Below, in pieces: positions 10,981 to 22,738 of a stretch of 64,000 nt of DNA. Numbering within the stretch: position 1 is the stretch's first letter; each line of letters begins with the position of its first letter. Under the pieces are notes generated by a model. It made no database searches and was not told the DNA's origin. It saw only the letters and a list, made by a program, of their open reading frames with translations. The DNA is taken from assembly GCF_052425735.1 (NCBI RefSeq), contig NC_135766.1, forward strand, positions 25,854,001 to 25,918,000, given 5' to 3'. This DNA is from Oculina patagonica. Its lineage: Eukaryota. Both the position numbers and the translations under genes were made by a program.

Positions 10981-13900
10981 ATGAAGATGTTGCCTGTTTT
11001 AATCATCGCATTATTTGTTGGCCTGGCAAGTTCACGACCAAGCGACAATGTCATAGGTAAGGAAAAGAAAAATTTAAATTAACTCAATTGTAGCTAATTG
11101 TCTTTTCAGTCTGCTAAGCTGTCGTCTGCGTATTAAAAACGCTGTTAAAAATGGTTTCCTTTTATGCATTTATCCTTCAATGCAACTGAACCACAAAATA
11201 TCGAAGAAGAAGCTCGCAGAACGTGCTTTGCAAAAGAAAAGTGGCGTTAATGCCAGGAGCCGCCGAGAACAATTAGTTAAAGGTCGTTATAAGCTAACAA
11301 GATGAAGAAATCTTTCGAGGTCGTGTCGCGAGGGCAACACGAGCTGCGATCCACTTAATTCGTCAACGAAAAGGCATCCACGCGTGGACCTCGCTTCTCG
11401 AGACCGCGTGTCCTCGCGCCACTGCGATGGAGTGCATATGATGTTTTTTATTTCAATTTGTCCACAGTTGATATTGACCCCAGTCAATACTGTGGCTGCA
11501 CCAACGTGGACTTACCTCAGTGTGGCTGCTGTGTGGACTTTGAAGAAATCATTCAAGAAAACTATACAGGTATTAGGGGTGATCTACATCTTATTTCTCC
11601 TTACATTAATAATATATTGTCAAGCAGTGAGATAATGAGAATATAGAAAATGGTCAACTAGGAGATAGGACAGGTATGAAGAACTTACATTTCCAGCTCG
11701 TAACAAAATAAAAGGGGGTTATTTCTCCCGTCCGAAATCTATTATGGTAAATTGGTATACAAACGCTACATACGGTAATAGCTTTAATTTTGAAATATTG
11801 AGCTCAAACAGGCATTAAAATGCTACAAAAATTCAATCACTTACTCTGCTAACAGGAGGTTGTAAAATTTGGTTATTGGTTACCTTTCATACCAGTTGAA
11901 ACAGCGATGTAGCAGATGTAGTAGCAATATCACATGTTGTTCTTTCGGACAGCCTTAGAAAAGATAGGACCATTATGCGTTCGGCAGGATAGAACACGTA
12001 TAGAACACGTTTGGTGTCATTATCATCCCTGTGCTGTACCTATATCGCGGTTCCTCCTCACTTCACTTTGTTCCTAACATAACAAATTACAGAAAGTACC
12101 AGCATTAGAAAAATCGCACGGTTTTTAACGTACAGATGGAAATTGCACAAACTGTGTGTTGTTTTATCTTGTAGTGTGCACAAATCTGACGTATGTTGAG
12201 GCAGAATATGTAAGTATGCACTGTGTATTGTTCATTCAAGGCTGTAAAAGAACTCGATCAAGTTCATCAAGAACTGAATTGCACGCATTTTACGTCACAA
12301 TCCCAAGCATGCCTGCAGTTAAAATAACAACTTCTCAGAAATATACTGAGCTGAAATTTAGAGTTATTTCACTTCCTTGTGCGTGCCCTCCAACCAATCT
12401 TATCTCCATGCAGAACCAGCGAGTGTTGTTTAGTTAGCGATGAGTCATACATGTTGGCGGCAAATTTCGTTTTCACTAGTATGACACTAGCTGAGGTGTC
12501 AGCAGACAGTGTTACGTTTAAAGAAACTTTTAAAAACCTTTGCTGTATTATCAACCAATCGATTTCTGCATTGCGAGTAGCAGTTGTCTATGAAGAAGGA
12601 AAAAAGTGGGCTGAAATGGCTTGTTACCTTCAACTAGACTAGACTTTCTCTGAGTTATTTGGGACCTTCAGATTGGAGAACGAGTAAGAGGATGGAGTAT
12701 TTACGAGCACGGCTTTCAAATTTCAACCCAGTTAGGTTCCCAGAGCCCTCAATCCTCCCAGTTCAAACTAAAGGAGCTACACAGGGGACAATTAGTTCGA
12801 GATTGGTGTGAAAAATGATCTTCGGAAGAACTAAGTTAAAAAAAATCGCACTCGTACTCCAATCTGAAGGTCCCTATTTTGCAGTTACACGCTGGCATGT
12901 GTGATCGGACATTAATGCAGTCTATGAGTTACTTGTTGGGTTTCTGTGTTTTCATCGTATTCCAGGGAGTGCGTTTTACTCTGACTGTCAATGATGAAGT
13001 TCTGATCAACGAGACCCTCTCCGGTAGGTTAACATAGATGACTCTACCTCTGCCTCATTCCCCCAGTGTACCTATAACTCTTGAACTGTCAACCCCTTCC
13101 TCGTCTCTCGACCCAAGCCCCGCAATTCTCACTGACCAGCCTGTCAGTGTCTCACTGAAACAACAAACCGACATTTTAAGCATGTAAATGCTGATTTTTA
13201 CGTGTTAGTCTGAACCCTGCAAGTCATGCATGTAACAGCCAGGGACTTTATCAGTAAGGAATACTGAAAACTTCCCCTTCTGATAAGGGTGCATGCATGG
13301 ATGATTGGACCAATACCCGATTCCCTCTAGGCGCGCCGGGAATCACGGGGTATCATCAACCATGCGCGAGACCAGCAACGATGCACGCGTGAGTCTCGCG
13401 CAGTGAGAATACACTACCGGGAGGCGGGAAGGAATCGGCTATTAACATAAACCGACAAGAAGAATTACTAATTTTCCTAATATAGATTATACTGCTTTTG
13501 TGGTAACAGTTATTCCTAGATGGAGTGATTGTCCACCGCAGGTTAAAAAGCTCTACCTGTTCGCGGGACTTAAACAGTTTCCCGATTTGGCATAAAAATC
13601 GTGTTGAAAGGAACGACATTTCGCAAAAATTTACCAAAAACTGCATGATCCATGTTAACGAACGTTAGGTTATGTTACAATGTCATTGAACAGAATGTTC
13701 GCCAGCGACAACGGACAAGACCTGACGGACAGCGTTGTACCCAGGTCAATATTTGTGATGTTTTCTGTCTGTTGTATGTTTCGGAGAAAGATAGTGCGAG
13801 CATGGCTGATCATGTAAACAGATGCTAAGTTTTATAAGAGAATCTCACAACAGGGTACTATAATTCGCTTTATTAATTTTCGCAGGACCTTTTTCTCGCG

Positions 13901-14447
13901 AGCCTTCAATTTCGCGATTTTTTTGCAATTGCGAAAATCGCAAAAATTAAGTCCACGAAAATTTTAGGAATGAGGTACTCAAGGCCACTGGCCAGGTTTG
14001 GTCCCCGCCCAAATGTGACAACGATAAGGCCACCGCTTCTCTAAAAAGAGAACATTTCTTCCTTTTCTTGCAGGAAGGAACCCCCCACCCCTGTGTGAAG
14101 GACTTATGGACGTGGCTGATATCTGTGTGCAGGTCTTCAACATGTCTTACGAGGAAGAGAAGTTTGGCGGCTGTTTAAAGATCTATGGTGATCTACTGAC
14201 ACGGGTTCTGGACATTGAGCTTGGCTGTTACTTCATGCCGCTCTCTGGTGAGCTGATGGGGGTTGCAGTGGATGAACAAGCCCGACTTCATTCGCTTTTC
14301 CAAATCAGCAACAGCGCCAAGGATCACATTTTGGATGAGATGCACAAATGGTCGCACAAGGATGGCGATCTTGGAGAGATTTATCGCCACAATGAAGGTC
14401 GCTTTCCTGAAGAACCGCTGTTAATAGAGGGAGCTGAGGAAAATTAA
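10981..14447 (+). CDS. Secreted DUF4773-like cysteine-rich glycoprotein, paralogue 1 (214 aa, 5 exons)
   Basis: Exons 10981-11056, 11468-11569, 12175-12209, 12966-13023, 14074-14447; all GT-AG; total 645 nt. Signal peptide MKMLPVLIIALFVGLASS; CGC-x7-CGCC, CTNLTY, NETLSGRNPPPLC, GGC, LGCYF match the DUF4773 pattern as I recall it. AATAAA at 14608. Confidence 0.85.
12660..12875. mobile_element. MITE with TIRs (PIF/Harbinger-like termini)
   Basis: GGGACCTTCAGATTGGAG...CTCCAATCTGAAGGTCCC terminal inverted repeats, inside intron 3 of DUF4773-like paralogue 1. Confidence 0.6.
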
Positions 14448-15172
14448 AATGCAGCACAAAGTTGTGCGGTTTTAAGATTTTTATGAAATGCTTGGTAGTT
14501 TTGTAAGGTGGTAGATACTCAAATTGTGTTATTTGAACATATGATTTGAAAAAGCTGCAATTTAATTTTCTGAGGGTGTCTTGTTTGTACATGTATGAGC
14601 AAATGACAATAAAGAAACGTATCAAAAATAATAAATGGCGTTGATATATGATTTAATTCCCCTAACCTAACCAATAAGGGAAGCCAAAGAAACGTGCGGG
14701 AGAATTTATATCTTGGCATCCCAGAAGTGGATGCAAGCAACAGGAGATGTGACTCGTGATTCGTGGCAAGGAGTAAAACCTTCCACGCTCGTCTCGCGCG
14801 TGCTTAGGCCACTTCTCGTTTTCCACGCGAGAATGATTACCACTTGTTTACGATTCGCGTGACCTTGCTCTTTTCTTGCGATGATGATTAGCGAAAATCG
14901 CAGCTGCTATATTTTTAAGCCATATGCTGATGTAGTTATTGTAAGAAAAAATTAAGGATTTGTAAATATATAATTCTCTGAGGCAGCTTCAATACCCGTA
15001 ATCTACTCTGCAATGGTTGAAATAACATGTACATTGACTGTAAGCCGACTCCGTAAAGAACATGATACCTGAGGTCATGTGAGGTAGATTATTATATTGT
15101 GTTTCATGATCTCCGCGTGATCACATTTGTTGTGCGCAGTTTGGTGAAAATCGTCAGGAAAATTTTCTGAAG

Positions 15173-18100
15173 ATGTTGCTGTCCGTGTTCCTAGCTCTTT
15201 GCCTCTGCAGTGGATTTGCTGCGTCAAACCAAGATAATGAGATCCAGTCGCCAGGTAAGCCAGCAGTTCTAATCCAAGGTATTAAAATGAGCAAGTTTAT
15301 CTTTATAGCAAGAAGAGGTTTAAGCATGTTTAGGTGACTGGTTATGCGGACTGTTTTGTGCAGAGATTTATTATTACATGGATATCACTTCTATCACGGG
15401 AGAATTGTAATACGTTTTCTCGTTGATACCAATCGTAAATTTTCAACATCTGCTCAATCGTTATCATTTCAATTTGCCTGTCCGACCTGATTGTAGCCTG
15501 CGAATACAGCCGCCTCTCATTCGCGTCCCGCAACGAAGAGCGAAACTCGTGTTTCGCTCTTCGTTGCGGGACGCGAATGAGAGGCGGCTGTATTCGCAGG
15601 CTAACCTGATTGACTATAAATTTGGACATTGCTTTCGATATTTAAAGACTCTCCTTGACTAACAACAGCTAAGACAAATAGTGTTTCAATTTTAATTGAT
15701 GGAGCGTGTATGGACATTTCATAATTATTTTTCATCTTCCAAAAGGGGAAAGGTGTTGCACTATGTAATTATCACTTGCACATTCATTTGCACTTAAGAA
15801 TGTATTAATAATTATATGCAATAGCACCTTTATTGCACTGTCACGCACGTATCCTAGTAGTATGTATTTATCCATTCTTCACATATAATAAATAGAGGAT
15901 ATTACATGGTTGCGCGGAGATATGAAATTTATCTTCGAGTGTTCAAATCGATATCTCACGAATGAGCGCAGCGAACGAGTGGGATATCGATTTGAACACG
16001 AGAAGATAAATTTCATATCTCCAAGCAACCATGTAATATTCTGTTTATTATATAAACCTACTAATTACGATGTTTTTGTCGATTTTCCGAAGATTGCCGA
16101 CCATTTTCCGAAGATTTCCGAAGATTTGCAAAATGTCGTCCGAAGGTCGTACGAATGTTTCCGAACATTTTCCGAAAATTTCCGAAGATATCCGAAGATT
16201 ACCGAAGATTGCCGAGGAAGATCCGAATATGTTTCGACTTAATATCGATTTACTTTGGCTCATTCAGCATTGAAACAGGGCAAACTTGTCAAAAAATATT
16301 TAGAAATCGATATCTTCACATGTGAAAATAACATGTTATTTTCACGTGTGAAGATATGATTTTTTCGCGCGAAAGATTTCCTGGTATTTCATTGATGTTT
16401 ATATAATAAATTCAGTTTCGTACATGTTACCGAACGATCAACAGTTTAAAGTCGCAGTTTTTTCAAATGTTATCTAAGAAAATCAAAATTCGTTTTCTTC
16501 CCCCATCCCACCCCACAGCTGATACAGCAAAGCTTTTGAAGATGGTCATTGACCCCGGTATTCATCTTGCCAAAGTTCAGACGTACGGAAGATGGGACTA
16601 TTCACAGGGTGATGGGGGGGGGGGGGGGGGGATGGTGTCCAAATCACAAATCACGAGACTATTTTCCTTGTAATCATGAATCAAGTAATGTTTTCGACCA
16701 TTTCTTCGTAATTAGCATACCTTTTTGAAGAAACTGAGTTATTTACGTGGATCTCTCAGGCCCCCAGGGGAGTTCATCGCAGTGTGAGGCAAATCCTAAA
16801 ACGCATAACTTTAGCCCAATAGAACCTGTCCTCCAGACAATATCAGTCTTTGGCTTCGGGGTTCGTGATTCAATTTTGCTTCACTATTGTAAATTGATTT
16901 ATGAGTAGGTAATTTTATCTTGGGTTTTCACAAACGTGTTAAGCCGGAGTCATTGATAATTGATAACGGTCTTCAAAATAAGAAGATCACGCGTCTTACT
17001 GGACTGGCAATTCACGGATCACGGCCAGATGTGGGCTGTTTTCACGTGTCACGCGCTAATTGTGCTCACATCACGCATCACGCACAATCCCTTTACCACC
17101 CTGTATTCACGTGTAAAGCATAGAATTCGATCGATGACATCTTAAAGTAAAAGCTTCAGCTGACCCAATATTTTTTCGTCAAAAACTGAGGTGGATTAGC
17201 CTAGTGATCCGCTGGACCTGTAATCCGGGGGTCCCTGGTTCCAATCTTCCACCCTGCCACTAGTTGGATCTTTCCTCGGTAATCCAGAGTTCAGCTCTTT
17301 GGTCATCTTCGGTCACGCTTTGCTAGCTGGTCAATCCCCCACCAGTATGTCAGGTTTCTCTAGACATACACCTGTGCCACAACAACATGTAGGATGGGTT
17401 TATCATCGGAGGGTTTATTGTAAAATATTTCAAAATTCTTAGAGAGTGTAAATCCTCATTCCTTTATTTCAGTGACCTCAGACCCGGACTTGGTATCAAA
17501 TAGTGACTGCGGCTGCAGCAAAGAACCTGTACCTCAATGTGGCTGCTGTGCTGAATTTGAATTTGAGGAAAAGAATCACACACGTAAGCAGTTTAATAAT
17601 CAACTTTGAGCAAGAAACTATCCCATCCCACTCTGACCTTTCCCCTCTCCATTCCATTTTCAAACAAAATGTGAACGAGGTGTCAGGGATTCTCGTCCCA
17701 AGAGCCGCTTGTCCCTCTTAGCTGGCTGAGCCTGAGCGTGGGAAACAAGTGGTTCTGAAGTTTTGGGGTCAGTTTTTAACAAAGGGAGTTTCAAATCTAT
17801 CTAGCCTAACAAATCAACCGTTTTAAGCTCTCGTATAACAAAGGAATTTTTAAAAAACGGTTAATTTGATTGGCTGTTCTTTTTGTTAAAATCCAGCCAA
17901 TCAAGTCTTCAACAAAATATTAATATTTTAATCTAAGGTTATTTGGTGTTAAATTAAACTGTCACCCCCCTCCCTTTACTCATAATTTTGCTTTGCAGCA
18001 AGACGGCAACTGCAAACAATTTTAGACTTTCAATGAGTACCAAACGTAATTATGTGATTACATGAGTTTTGAGATGCTGAACTTTGTAATTGATTGAATC

Positions 18101-19590
18101 AATCGTGGAAAAGAAAAAGCAAAAGGAATCATGATTTGCTTGGTGAATTAGCTTTTTTGATACATGTCCGTCACTGGTCAGGACATTTTTGGTTCTGTTC
18201 AGCTTTTATATCAATGTTTTCCACCCTCATGATTGGCCCTTGGTTTACCAGGGTTTTACGCCAGAAAAATTAAGAAATAGTAGAAATCGTCCTAACTTTC
18301 TTTTGCACTCCAGCAATGAATTGCAAACGACTGCTTACAATAAACAATTCCATTGCACTGACATGGTTTTTACTGTTGTTTCCTTAGTTTGCATGAACAT
18401 GACTTACGAGGAAAAAGAAAAAGTAAGTGACACGTTCGAGTTACTTTTTATCAACCTCTTCTCGAAAAGCATTGAAACTCCACAACTAGCTAAAAGATGA
18501 GAATTTAAAATCACACGAAAACAATATTCCTAATCAGAATGTGAGTCGGTTTGACTGGGTTTCTCGTATTGCACTACTGATCAGCTTTGCCTCGCACTAA
18601 TTACTTCTACAAGGGTCACTGTTGTTCCATGTCGAGTTTCTTTGAATCGAATGCCCTATCTCACGTGCTTCTCGTGCGCTCAAAGGGGATGAACTGAACG
18701 CACGCTGTTTATTTAGGCTGGCAGGGGTGGTCAGTTTGGCTGATGTTGTGCTATTCTCATTCCAGGGAATACGATTTACTGTGACGTATGATGGGAAGGT
18801 TCTTTTGAATGAGACACTCTCAGGTAAGACCCACGTGAGTTCTAACGGGGGAGGTCACGGGAATTAATGGCAACGGGGTAAAAATGGGTGAGCCCAGTCG
18901 GCCAGATCCGCCACAAAAGTAGCTGTGATAGTTGTGTCTGTCTTGGAGATGAACAGCATTGATTTTTACGGATTCTGGAAAGGACATCGGCGTTTAGTAG
19001 CTTCTATACGTAGTTTTTGCCTCATGAAATGAAATTTAACTAGCGTGTAGAGTTTTGCCTTACATCAAATACTTTAGAGACGGAACAAAAGTGTGGCCTA
19101 AGACTATTTTATAGTGTTTTCCGAAGACAGAGTGAAATATTAAGAGAATACCTTTTACTCTTAGTAAAGAAAGAATTCTTATTGTGATTGTTTTGAATCT
19201 TTTCTAGCCACAAATCCGCCACCTCTCTGCCAGGGTATTTGTCCGTATTCGTGCATCTGTGTGAAGTACTACAATATGACGTACGGAGATGACAACAAAT
19301 GGGGAGGGTGTCTGGAGATTTATGGTGACGTACTCATACGAATCCTGGATCTAAAGTTTGGCTGTTTTTACTTGCCAGTCGGCCAAGAACAGAAGAAGAC
19401 GATTGACATCAACAACCCCATCCACTCTCTGTTGAATTACTTGGGTTTCTCCGACGACATTTTCAACGACATGCAGCAGTGGTTTCAAACGACCTTTGGC
19501 AAGAAAATGAGTAAACGCCGCCACAAGAAAAAGAACCCATTCAATTTCCTTTACAAAAATCGCGTGGAAGACGACGACGAAAACATCTAA
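15173..19590 (+). CDS. Secreted DUF4773-like cysteine-rich glycoprotein, paralogue 2 (222 aa, 5 exons)
   Basis: Exons 15173-15254, 17473-17583, 18388-18422, 18766-18823, 19208-19590; total 669 nt. Same 35- and 58-nt exons and phases as paralogue 1. MLLSVFLALCLCSGFAA; CGC-x7-CGCC; CMNMTY; NETLSATNPPPLC; GGC; FGCFY. AATAAA at 19648. Confidence 0.85.
15494..15603. mobile_element. 110-bp perfect-palindrome MITE, TAG...CTA ends, 9-bp TSD (Academ-like)
   Basis: Two 53-bp perfectly complementary arms with a 4-nt loop; ACCTGATTG duplicated at 15485-15493 and 15604-15612. Confidence 0.85.
15891..16409 (+). mobile_element. About 520-bp dispersed repeat, copy 1 (unclassified non-autonomous element)
   Basis: Closely similar reverse-complement copy at 63061-63580; internal hairpin of about 140 bp (15899-16040) and TTTCCGAAGA subrepeats. 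Confidence 0.8.
16605..17103. mobile_element. CAGGGTG-terminated non-autonomous DNA transposon with 6-bp TSD (hAT-like)
   Basis: CAGGGTG...CACCCTG ends; TATTCA at 16599-16604 and 17104-17109; subterminal TCACG repeats. Confidence 0.6.
17195..17345 (+). mobile_element. Degenerate tRNA-derived SINE
   Basis: A-box-like TAGCCTAGTG and B-box-like GGTTCCAATC followed by a non-tRNA body; no complete cloverleaf. Confidence 0.45.
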
Positions 19591-19974
19591 GTTCCTGACG
19601 TGGAATAACGAGAGTATTTGATTATTTGTAGCAAGCTAGTTAAGCTAAATAAACTGCTTTTTGAATGGGTTATACGAACAATTTGGGTGTTAGTTGCGAT
19701 AGACGACAAAGATATAAGCCATATTTAGTGTGATTTCTGAGGGGTACCGTGTATAGCACTAAAGAAACGGTTTTATGTAGGTCTAGGGTGACGATGAGAA
19801 TTTTGTGATAAAAATATTTTTTTGATCATTAAAAACGGACTGAACAATATAAAGTGGGAATGATATGCAATATATTTTGACCTCAATGTAGTTTACGCTT
19901 GTAAAGGGCAATAAATGACATAAATACAATCATCGAAGCTGTTATAATAAATTACTGTTACTATTCTATTACTC

Positions 19975-20270
19975 GTGGGAGGCACATTAGCCTAATGGTA
20001 AGCGTGCTGAACTCAGGATCGAGCGGTCCGGGTTCAAGGCCTACTGAGCCACTGTGTTGTGTTCTTGGGCAAGACACTTTACTCTCATAGTGCCTCTCTC
20101 CACCCAGGTCTATGAATGGGTACCGGCGAAATAATGCTGGGGGTAACCCTGTGATGGACTAGCATCTCATCCAGGGGGGGGAGTAGAAATGTTCCTAGCT
20201 GCTTAATGCTACCGAAACCGGGACAAGCTCCGGCAGCATGGTCCGCTTGGCTCGAGGCTTACCCTTTTTT
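19975..20270 (+). mobile_element. tRNA-derived SINE, full length
   Basis: tRNA-like head (TAGCCTAATGG ... GGGTTCAAG), central TGCCTCTCTCCACCCAGG...AATGGGTACC domain, T-rich tail; a related minus-strand copy lies at about 32335-32500. Confidence 0.75.
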
Positions 20271-20957
20271 TACTCAACCAGATTCAAACACCAAGGCAAA
20301 CATAATGCTTGTATAGACTTGGTTAGCGCTTCGTTCCCTTCTTACTTGCAGCTAGAGTCTCCAGTGCTAAAGAGATAGAGTGTGGAAGATTCTTGTAGTT
20401 AGTTTGATCCACTGACTCCTGAAATTTTCCTCCAAAACAGCCATTTTTAACGCTACAAACGCCTATTTCAGGCTGCTTTCCCAAAAAATTGCAGGAAACT
20501 CCGAAACTTTATTTGATGATGGAAGCTAACATTCTCTAACATCCAAAAAAAGGAAATTTTGCTTACACCACGTTTTTCTTAAGTTTTTTTTTTGTTTTAT
20601 TTTTCTCTCACTTTCTTTTTGCGGCTCTCTTGACCTTAAAGTCGCCTTTGCTCTCATTGGAAAAGTTTCCATCTAGTTTTAACTAAAAGGGTCCATGTTT
20701 CTTTTCTATTTACAATATATTTGCTTGTTTGTTTGCAGTTTTTAGTGCAAACACTACACTAATGCAGTTAGTTTAGTGGGGAAGCGAATTCCGCTACGCC
20801 AGACGTAAACAGTTAATTGCGCGGTCAAGTGGAACAAGCACGTAGACATACATATGCAAATTAGACTGGAACTGGCTTGTTATTGTCCACGAATGTTCTA
20901 AAGCAATGGGTTAAAAAATTCGCGACAAGGCTCGAACGCGCTCCGGGCAATTAATTG

Positions 20958-21590
20958 AGGGAAAAAAGGTACTCGCAACATAAGATAAATGTACTTCACC
21001 AAAATAAACTGATAAAAAACTAACAGCCAGTGTACAACTCCGTGAGATGGTAACAGATTCATGCGAGTAATAACGCAAACAAAATACTTGATGTAAGACT
21101 TCTAAGTGGATTCCGGAGATACCGGCAGTAAAATGAGAGGACTCATGTAAAACTTATAAAGGATACACGTCACGCAAGCTAGCAGTAAGAGATTAATATT
21201 TGAGCTCTGGGCGGTTAATAGGGAAAAAGGTCATCGCAACATAAGATAAATGTACTGCACCAAAATAAACTGTTAAAAAACTTATAGTTAGTGCCCAACT
21301 CAGTGAGATGGCAACAGATTCACGTGAGTAATCGCGCAAGCAGATTGGATTCCGGAGATACCGGAAGTAAAATGAGAGGACATTTAAAACTTATAAAGGA
21401 TTAACTGGGCTGGGAAATGGGGAGAGGTGAAAAGTAAGCGCGCGGAGCCTGGAGAGAAACGAAACGAAAGCGCGCGGGGGACACTGTGTTTTTCCCCTTC
21501 TTTCCCCCGTGTTTTTCGCCTTCGCTCACTAAAGAAGCCTCTGCGGAGGAGAGAGCTAGCTAGCAGTGAGTGATTAAAATTTGAGCTTGC
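20958..21590 (+). repeat. About 250-bp imperfect direct duplication; the second copy is interrupted by an insertion of about 155 bp
   Basis: GGGAAAAAGGT...CGCAACATAAGATAAATGTACT...GGATTCCGGAGATACCGG...CTTATAAAGGAT occurs at about 20958 and 21220. The insertion (about 21402-21556) ends CTCTGCGGAGGAGAGAG, then the unit resumes with GCTAGCAGT...TTTGAGCT. Confidence 0.7.
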
Positions 21591-21630
21591 TGAGACGTCA
21601 GCCTGGTAGCAAGTTCATACGGACATCATT

Positions 21631-22057
21631 ATTGAAGAATGTCACGAGGCTGACTCTAATTATTTTCCGTACAAAAGCTACCTTCTTTAGTCACTGAGGT
21701 GATGTGCTTAAGTTTTTTTTAACAAAATTTATAGTTTGCTAAATGATGCCATTTAACTAGCTACCTCCCTAAGTCACTGCAAGATCTGATAAACCGTTTT
21801 CAATGTGTTGGGGGAAATTCTTCTTTAGACAGATCACGTTATTAAAGAACGTGGCAGGATGACTCGAATTATTTTCAGTAAGTAAGCTACCTTCTTTAGT
21901 CACTGAGGTGATGTGCTTAAGTTTTTTTTTAACAAAATCAATAGTTTGATAAGTGATGCCATTAACTACCTCCCTTATTTACTGCAAGATATGAAAAACC
22001 GCTGTTACGGTGTTGGGTGAAATTCTTCTTTAGACAGATCATGTTCTCAAATAACAT
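21631..22057 (+). repeat. About 210-bp imperfect tandem duplication
   Basis: AAGCTACCTTCTTTAGTCACTGAGGTGATGTGCTTAAG and AAATTCTTCTTTAGACAGATCA each occur twice, about 210 bp apart. Confidence 0.75.
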
Positions 22058-22738
22058 GACAGACGTGTCTCGTCTGACAATTGCCAGACATACAAGCTCG
22101 ACTGGTGACGAGTCACGTGACAACTCTCTCAAACACTACACTGTCCGTTCGGACCGCTCGTCTCAGTAGATTTTAGTTATTTCACGTAGGAAAGTTGAAT
22201 TTTTGTTTTGTTTTGAGAAAATAAATTCATACGTTTATTGTGGGTATCTCTGGCCAAATTTACTGCATCATGCTTGTTCATGCGAGCTTTGAAGGACGTT
22301 TTCTTAGTCAATCAACTGGTTATTGAAAACATCTTCTGTCTTGAAAGGTGATGACGTCACAAGTGGTACAATGATGCTCCCTCAAGGCCGGTTTAGCCGG
22401 TTATATTTTCTGTATAACGACACTTTGGTCTTTCGAGAGTTTACTGACTGAACGTAATCGATCGGATCACTTTGGCTGTGTCACGGATAGAACTTTGCCT
22501 AATACGTGTAGCGCATCTCACGGTCATTGTGCCGTAAGCGTTAAGCCCTTTCCCCTCCCCTATCAAACTTAACTTTTAAACAGAGAAGTTCCCCTCCTTT
22601 CGCTAGCTCCATTCACCAATCAGCTTTTACATGCCAAGACCGGAAGTAACGTCATGAAATAGAAGCTGTCTTCCAGTATCTAAAGGTCATTCATCTTCGA
22701 AGTAAATTATATTTTATTTTTTTCTTAAAATCGTCCAG

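Noticed and set aside
15910-16273. ORFs of 67-168 aa here and at 63198-63913
   Set aside because: They lie in or overlap two copies of a dispersed palindromic repeat and have no recognisable protein features.
19975-20050. tRNA gene
   Set aside because: A- and B-box-like motifs are present but there is no complete cloverleaf, and the sequence continues into a SINE body.
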